Shown: one piece after another, positions 57,646 to 64,000 of the stretch
Position numbering within the stretch: the stretch's first letter is position 1
Layout of the letters: each line of letters opens with the position of its first letter
Source: Histomonas meleagridis 2922-C6/04-290x
Lineage: Eukaryota > Protista > Parabasalia
DNA length: 64,000 bases
NCBI GenBank assembly: GCA_020184695.1
Contig: JAANOX010000248.1
Location: forward strand, 186,001 to 250,000
Reading direction: 5' to 3'
The notes under the pieces: generated by a model
The model's input: only the letters and a program-made list of their open reading frames with translations
Database searches by the model: none
What the model was told of the DNA's origin: nothing
Made by a program: the position numbers and the translations under genes

Positions 57646-58492
57646 TTTCCTGATCCTATTATTATTTCATTGAATAAATTTGATGAAAAAGAATTCGTTT
57701 TCGTGATAAATAATATAGATACAAAAAAGTAAAATAAAATTTTAAATGAAATATTAAATAGATTCAATTCTCTTTTATACAACACAAAATAAGTGGGATT
57801 TAAAAAATGAAATAATGAACAACATATCTTTTTTCGATTTATGATGGAAAAATTTTTTTGTGTTAAAGAGAGATCATAAGAATTTATGTGTAAATCGACA
57901 AGAGAGAATTGAACCTTTGAAGCATTAAAATATACATATACACAAAATTCTGGGGAGGGATATTCATAAATTAATTCATTTTCTTCATAATGATCAAAAC
58001 ATAGCGAAATCGAATGATTCATATCTAAGATACGACAGTTTGCGCATGTTTTAAGTAGTATTAAGATAAAATATTGAAAAATAATCATGTTACATGATTC
58101 AAGAAGGTTGTAACCGCTGTATTTGAATTATTTACACGGAGAAATGTTGTCAAATTATTTTCAAATAAACCGTTCCTATCAAAGCCGATTTCAATGTAAT
58201 ACCCCACAAAAAGCCGATATTTCACATCATATGACGTTAAGCGAAATTTATCGTATTATTTTTTTGAAATTCTTCATGATGAACCACAATTAATCTGTTT
58301 GTGGCTTTGGGTTTTACTCAAAATTAAATGTTGATATTGATGATTCATCATTTCTTCTTTCCATGAAATTTATTTTGACTTAAGCAAAAATCTGATTTCG
58401 TTAAATTTTCAGACGGAAGTTGCGCTACTTCATAAGATTCGAATTATCACAAATTTAATCGTATAGAAAATTTATTTATTAAATAAAAAATC

Positions 58493-60031
58493 CTAAAGCT
58501 CATCATTTGTCTTTGATGTGATCATTTTCCTTAAGTTTTCGAGAACTTCGTTCATTGTTTTTGCTTCTTCAGGTTTCATTTTCGGAATGAATTTCTTTGT
58601 TTCTTCTTCAATTTCATGGAATTCCTCATCCGAAGGCAAAGTTGCGCCGAGTTCATGTTGATATGTTCCGTACACCTCCAAACTCAAAAGGACATCTTCG
58701 CTAGAATCCCCTAACACAGGGATAACCGCACTACTATTTGCAGGATACAAATATGCAAATGGTAATTTTGGTAATGAAGGAAATCCACCTTCAACAAAAT
58801 TTAATTCGGGGATAATCATGCCGAATTTAATGTGTTCTGTTTTGTTTTCCGATTTCAAATTGTCGGCGGTTTTGTAAACCTTTGAAAAGTATTCCTTTGA
58901 TTTTGTTGATAAACTAACAAAGAATAATACAGTGTCCTTCTCAGTATCATCAATGAAGTCATGGTAAGTTAATCCGACCACTTTTTTAATTGGTCGATTG
59001 AAATTTTGATAAGATGAAAATCGTTCACTTCGATAAGTTTTCTTCAGCTCTGAATTACGGATCTTGTTTAGAATTTGTGTGAGACTTTCATTAAGTAATG
59101 TGTCATTGAAATCATTGCGAATTAATTCCTTGTCAAGAATTTCTGAATAATCGTATCGGTAACCGTTTTTGTAATTCAAAATTTCTAAGTAATAAGAAGT
59201 TGTGTCATAATAATCGCTGGTGAATTCCTTGATGATGTCTCTGTCCGAACTTCTGACGTAGATGAACGAGAAATCGGGATACTTTTTGCCGAATTCATAT
59301 AGAAAATCATATTGATGTTGATTAAATGATGGGGTGATTAAAATAACTGACGTCTTGTCGTTGCGCATAAGAACTGACTTGTCGACTCTGGAGACATATG
59401 GATATGAGAATTGCTTTAATCCTTCCATTGTGCAATTGAAGGATTTGAGCGTTTTGTCTGTTTTACGATAAATGATGCAATTGTTGGGCTTGAGGTCAAT
59501 ACTTTCAGCAAGAGAATCACTTAAGTTAATGACATTGATCGATCCGATTTCATGTCCAATATCCTTAGCAAGATGAACAAGATGGTCCGTGAGGTTTGCC
59601 CTACTGCCTATGGTGATTGGAGCTCCTCCAAGAGCAGCTACAAATTCAAATTGCTCATTCAAAATTGGACGTTTTCCTTTTAAGAATAAATCAATTGTGT
59701 AAAGCATAGACATCTCATTAGAAACTGGGTCTGACATACCAATAAGTTCACCATCTTTGAAAAATGCGAGACATGGAGTTTCAATTTTCTGATTTAGGTA
59801 TTCTTCCATTATTTCATCAACTGCAGTGTAAAAACTTGCTTCTGGGAAGAGTGGTTGAGCCGCTAAAAATTCTTTTGCTAATTCATATGATGGTTTTGGA
59901 ATTAAAACAACAACATTTGAATGCTCTTTAATATACTTTCCTATTGGTGACTTATAAGGTAATGGTGAAAATCGTGTTTTTTTAAATGGAACGTATATAG
60001 ATAGTGCACAAACCACAAATGCACCAAACAT
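58493..60031 (-). CDS. ER-resident multi-thioredoxin-fold (PDI-like) protein
   Basis: N-terminal signal-like segment, PCLAFFKDG and VVGLTYHDFI..KDTVLFF PDI-like segments, C-terminal NDEL. Confidence 0.65.
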   Translation of the reverse strand: MFGAFVVCALSIYVPFKKTRFSPLPYKSPIGKYIKEHSNVVVLIPKPSYELAKEFLAAQPLFPEASFYTAVDEIMEEYLNQKIETPCLAFFKDGELIGMSDPVSNEMSMLYTIDLFLKGKRPILNEQFEFVAALGGAPITIGSRANLTDHLVHLAKDIGHEIGSINVINLSDSLAESIDLKPNNCIIYRKTDKTLKSFNCTMEGLKQFSYPYVSRVDKSVLMRNDKTSVILITPSFNQHQYDFLYEFGKKYPDFSFIYVRSSDRDIIKEFTSDYYDTTSYYLEILNYKNGYRYDYSEILDKELIRNDFNDTLLNESLTQILNKIRNSELKKTYRSERFSSYQNFNRPIKKVVGLTYHDFIDDTEKDTVLFFVSLSTKSKEYFSKVYKTADNLKSENKTEHIKFGMIIPELNFVEGGFPSLPKLPFAYLYPANSSAVIPVLGDSSEDVLLSLEVYGTYQHELGATLPSDEEFHEIEEETKKFIPKMKPEEAKTMNEVLENLRKMITSKTNDEL

Positions 60032-60059
60032 ATCTAAAGGGTAAAATTACCGTTTTACA

Positions 60060-60675
60060 CGGGGTACCCCATTCTACATCCACAGGTTGTGCGTAATTGG
60101 CAATTTGAAGACTCCTCTAACTTGAGTTGTATGTTTCACCTGATCTATGTGAAATCATAATGTTTAAGCCTGCGTCAAGGATGAGTTGCAACTTCCATAG
60201 CTTCGGAGATTGTAAAACGATTTGGTTAACCTTAAGTAATAAAGTGTTGCACCACTTTCCTTCAATAACCTTACGGGTTGCCTTTGAATTTGTTGTGTAA
60301 AGGTCATCACCGATGAGTTGAACCTTGCTTCCGAGTGTAACCTGGAATAAAGTTAGGTCTTTTCATCATAGAATTCGGATGCAGCAGCACCAAGACCAAT
60401 GCGGATATCCTTTCCTAGCCACCGGTGGTCTTGATAGCGCGTTCGATGAATGTGATAGCTTCTTCTGGTGTTTCAAGACATGGCGAGAAACCTCCCTCAT
60501 CACCAAGCTTTGCAGAGACGCCCTTTTCATTAACAAGGATGGCATTTTGTTTTGTATACAAAGTTGGTCTGGGTATGAAATTCCTGCGGCTGGTGAGGCC
60601 ATGAATTTTTGTAACTTGAGATTGCCACCGGCATGCTTACCACCTTAATGGATGCTTACCACCATTAAGTATGTT
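60060..60675 (-). pseudogene. Degenerate enolase fragment
   Basis: Minus-strand pieces ILNGGKH, AGGNLK, KLGDEGGFSP, AAASEFY, KVQLIGDDLYTTN, LLLKVNQI, MISHRSGET, with frameshifts, internal deletions and a duplicated ATGCTTACCACC. Confidence 0.85.
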
Positions 60676-60835
60676 GAAGATTTAAAAAAATGCACGAACA
60701 TTAAGTTATACAATCAATGATTTTTTTTAAAAGCAGATAACAAATTTCACATTTTGAATATTCTTTCAAATCAAGATTTAATTTATGTTAAATCATTCAA
60801 ATACTTAAAAAGATGTACATTAAAACTATTTACAA

Positions 60836-61984
60836 TTATTCAAGTATAACTGTGTCTTCAAACCGTATTCCAACATTTCGTAGTTCTTTAGGACAATCAG
60901 CGAAACGAGGATTAAAGTATAAGCCTGGCTCAACGGAGAACGCCATTCCCTTTTCCAGCTTCCGATCAAAGTTTATTGATCTTGCATCATGTACATCTAA
61001 TCCAACCCAATGCGATGTATGATGCAAAAAGTAATATGAAAGAGAATTCATATCCATTTTCAAACCGATTTCATTAAGTCCAGATAACAATTTCCCTTTA
61101 GCTATCTCCTTTAGTTGGTTTAGTGTTTCTACTTCTCCATTTTTTACAATTTTCACTAAGTCATTTTTCACTGATTCAACACATTTGATTGTATCGGAGT
61201 GAATTTCACTAACTTTCCCGATACAAACGGTTCTTGTGAAATCTGATGCGTAATGATCAACTTCAGCACCACCATCGAGTAATAATGATTGACCTTCTGT
61301 GATTGTATCATTGCTGTTAATAGAATGGAGATAAGTGGCGTTCTTCCCAAAAAGAGCTAAAGTCGGATATGCTGTTCCTGAAGCTCCTCTTTCAATTACT
61401 GCGTTCTCAAAACGAGCAACAACCATTTTCTCAGTATCACCTGGCTTTATGGTTTGAATAACATGAGGAAATGAATCAATAGTTATTTGAGACGCTTTTT
61501 TCATTAAATTAATTTCATACTTTGACTTAATGACTCGAAGAGAATCTACGTACGGTGATAGGGATTTAAACATTGAGCCGATGTGAAAAAGGCGATCTGA
61601 TTTAGGATAAGAACAATAAACATTTTCATGATTAAGATTGTGTTTGGAAGCCCAGCTGCTTAATTCATCTGAAAAAAATATGCTGTCAACACCTGAAGTA
61701 GACTTTACTTCTTCAAGTGATAATGTTGGACCATAAAACATCGTTTCGGAATTTTCTTTTGATAAGAATAAAGCTGACTTAGCTTTGCCACCTTCGTTAT
61801 AAATTGCAAGCGCTCCACCTGGACGTTTTTGCCCAGTCAAGTAAAAATAATCTGAATGTTGATCAAAAGGAATTGGGATTGATGGAATTAAATGAAGAAC
61901 TTCACGTCCAAAAATTAGTGCCATTGAACCTTTTGGGAGTAGTTCATATAACTTATTTCTCCTTGCCACTAATTCTTTCTTCAT
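60836..61984 (-). CDS. Xaa-Pro aminopeptidase (aminopeptidase P, M24B; AMP_N plus catalytic domain)
   Basis: RR..L, F.Q.SDYFYLTG, LRVIKS..EI..M, LLDGGAE..HYASDFTRT, HHTSHWVGLDVHD, FSVEPGLY, GIRFED. Confidence 0.85.
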   Translation of the reverse strand: MKKELVARRNKLYELLPKGSMALIFGREVLHLIPSIPIPFDQHSDYFYLTGQKRPGGALAIYNEGGKAKSALFLSKENSETMFYGPTLSLEEVKSTSGVDSIFFSDELSSWASKHNLNHENVYCSYPKSDRLFHIGSMFKSLSPYVDSLRVIKSKYEINLMKKASQITIDSFPHVIQTIKPGDTEKMVVARFENAVIERGASGTAYPTLALFGKNATYLHSINSNDTITEGQSLLLDGGAEVDHYASDFTRTVCIGKVSEIHSDTIKCVESVKNDLVKIVKNGEVETLNQLKEIAKGKLLSGLNEIGLKMDMNSLSYYFLHHTSHWVGLDVHDARSINFDRKLEKGMAFSVEPGLYFNPRFADCPKELRNVGIRFEDTVILE

Positions 61985-62047
61985 TTTGTTTACAGTTATA
62001 TTCAAGTTTGAATAGTTTACATAAAACCCCCAAAAAAAACAAAAAAA

Positions 62048-62392
62048 ATGGGGAATTGCTGTTCATCAGGAGATAAATATGATGAAATTCCCACAATATC
62101 AAGAAGCGATATTTACCCACCAACTGCAAATGCTCCTTTAAGAATTTCTCCAGATGATTTTGAAACACTTGTTAGTCGTTTAAAAACAGCAAATTCTGAT
62201 CAAGAAAGAATTTCAATTATTAGAGCAATGACCCACTACAAATATTCGCTTGATGATATAAATAGCATGTTAGCAACAATTTCAAAAAATCAAGAAAAAA
62301 TTAAAGCAGTGAGAATTCTGAAGAAATGTGTTATGGAAGGAGAGCCAAATAATGGACGACTTCTAAAGCAACTCCAAGAATCTTATACTTAA
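62048..62392 (+). CDS. Small dually acylated hypothetical protein
   Basis: MGNCCS N-terminus (myristoylation plus palmitoylation-type motif); divergent from the aminopeptidase gene. Confidence 0.65.
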   Translation: MGNCCSSGDKYDEIPTISRSDIYPPTANAPLRISPDDFETLVSRLKTANSDQERISIIRAMTHYKYSLDDINSMLATISKNQEKIKAVRILKKCVMEGEPNNGRLLKQLQESYT

Positions 62393-62689
62393 TCAACTTT
62401 AACAAAGATTAAGATTAAGATCTTTTCACAATGAACCACTTGTCGTTGTTCATTTTTGGCCTGTACCGGTAATATCATGTGTGGTTCAACAGATGAAACA
62501 AAATATAGATTTTAATTTTGATCATCGATTATCACCATTTTTAATTTTTTTTGAAACACATGTTTTATGTTTGACTCAAAATTAAACATCTGGTTTTAAT
62601 CAATGAGCAAACAATCAATGATTATTAAAAGATAATCCTTTTTTTAATTTGAAATTTTTTAAATGCCTTTGAGAGAAATTTTTTGAGAT

Positions 62690-62970
62690 TTAAATAATGA
62701 CTTCATAAATTCAATTTCTAATGTTAATAATTTGAAGAACTTTCAAAGGCAATTAATTAAAGAATGAGTTAATCCATCTGAGATTGCAAAAATAATTCGA
62801 AATGTTGAAATAGAAAAACTTCAAGAAAAATCAACGCATAAAAATTTTGATCTTATTCAAACAATTGAACCATCACTTAATAAAAGAAGATCATTTATTA
62901 ATGATTATAATCATTATAATGTTAAAGATATTTATTTGTTTTATTTGATACTTATTTCAAAATTTTAAGG
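62690..62970 (+). pseudogene. Relic of the DUF3447/ankyrin family
   Basis: Reads LIKE*VNPSEIAKIIRN.EIEKLQE..NFD..QTIEPSL, fused directly to NVKDIYLF (AAAGATATTTATTTGTTTT). Confidence 0.75.
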
Positions 62971-63153
62971 ATCGCGTCCGATTGTAAAATACTTCCTGTA
63001 CTTTTACAAAAAAATTTTTTTTGCTATTTTCAACAAACTCACAAAGATGGTTATTAGTTATTTTTTGCGGCCGAACCCCTCCAAGTTCCACATAAGGTCC
63101 AAAAAGGAAAAAGTGCCGATCCAAAAAGTTCAAAGAGGCCGTTAATAGATCGA

Positions 63154-63816
63154 ATGCTCGAAAACAAGGAAGGATGGATACAAATCAAGAGAGGTGCCGA
63201 GGCCTCAATCTGGAAAATGACGCTATTTGGTAAGGACTGTGTTGCCAAAGTTGCAGAGCCAAAACTATGGCGTGTAAAAGAACTTGATGAAAGATTAAGA
63301 TCAGAACGTATTCAAAATGAAGCCAGAACCAACCTTAAATGTATGAGACTTGGTATTCCAGTTGCACCAATCTTATATGTTGATAGAGCTACAACAACTC
63401 TTGTACTTGAAGAACTTAATGGCGGAACAGTCAAACAACTCCTTTTTGATCATGCAACAGATACAGAAGAAGACCCTAATGTAATCCAAGCGATGGTAGA
63501 AATGGGTCAAATTATTGCCAAATTACATGAAAATAATATAATCCATTCTGACTTAACCACATCTAATTTTATGCTTCATGATGGTAGGGTTCGTGTTATT
63601 GACTTTGGCCTTTCCTTTATTTCCACTATGTTCGAAGATATGGCAGTTGATCTTTATGTTCTCGAAAGGGCTTTCACATCGTCACATCCTGGAAAGCAGC
63701 ACCTCGTAGACATAATACTAGATGCATATTGTCAATCGACAGGAAAATCACAAATGGTAATGAAAAGATTAAAGAAAGTTCGTTCAAGAGGAAGGAAACG
63801 CTCAATGGTTGGATGA
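63154..63816 (+). CDS. BUD32: KEOPS complex kinase Bud32/TP53RK
   Basis: IK.GAEA.I, R...EAR, IHSDLTTSNFM, IDFGLS, EDMAVDLYVLERAF, VR.RGRKRSMVG. Confidence 0.95.
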   Translation: MLENKEGWIQIKRGAEASIWKMTLFGKDCVAKVAEPKLWRVKELDERLRSERIQNEARTNLKCMRLGIPVAPILYVDRATTTLVLEELNGGTVKQLLFDHATDTEEDPNVIQAMVEMGQIIAKLHENNIIHSDLTTSNFMLHDGRVRVIDFGLSFISTMFEDMAVDLYVLERAFTSSHPGKQHLVDIILDAYCQSTGKSQMVMKRLKKVRSRGRKRSMVG

Positions 63817-64000
63817 AAAATCAAAAAGTAAATGCTGATTATTGTTTATTTCATGGCTTTAAATCAGATTTCTCCTAAACTAATTTTCTAATTCTCTCCT
63901 CTGAACAAAGAGCTTCCCTAAGTTTTAGATCCATGCATAGAATAAATTTGCTTCTTTGGACTTTTTAGCTTTTGTTCTGATTTGCGCTTGAAATCAGTCA

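Noticed and set aside
57642-58088. 148-aa Phe/Ile-rich ORF upstream of BspA, and the N-terminal extension of ORF 36163-36984
   Set aside because: Composition of AT-rich intergenic DNA, non-ATG or implausible starts, no motifs.
60325-60648. 107-aa plus-strand ORF
   Set aside because: It is the antisense of the enolase relic.

Overview
AT-rich, gene-dense eukaryotic DNA from a parabasalid (trichomonad-type protist; exact genus not determinable here). The assignment rests on a parabasalid-type actin, BspA leucine-rich-repeat genes, DUF3447-ankyrin genes, Inr (TCACTTCA) and Myb-type AACGGTT promoter motifs, and near absence of conventional introns. Ordinary content: about 30 housekeeping or hypothetical genes (AP-2 mu, Xrn1, RING E3, RPS30, AC19, STE20 kinase, epsilon-tubulin, DBF4-like, INCENP-like, cyclin, WDR33, two PDI-like, MO25, importin-beta-like, Rab1, actin, aminopeptidase P, Bud32), tRNA-Val(AAC), a defective DD34D mariner, and Hsp70, enolase and BspA pseudogenes. 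The main finding is five separate ankyrin genes whose C-terminal repeats are individually intact but split by 48 AT-rich spacers, all at the same position (the beta-hairpin linker between ..DVNAK(N/D) and xTAL..). The spacers usually contain stops and shift frame. They lack GT-AG and trichomonad branch-site signals, yet have a tight length rule (77+/-1 nt mode, otherwise mostly 17+20n), an internal 20-nt modular structure and a fixed-distance 3' signal TTTCAAA-N6-TTTGGAA-N13-TTT. This suggests an uncharacterised non-canonical intron, recoding or cassette system; the mechanism cannot be determined from sequence alone. A probable 23-nt GT-AG intron in Rab1 shows what an ordinary intron looks like in this genome. 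All counts are manual.
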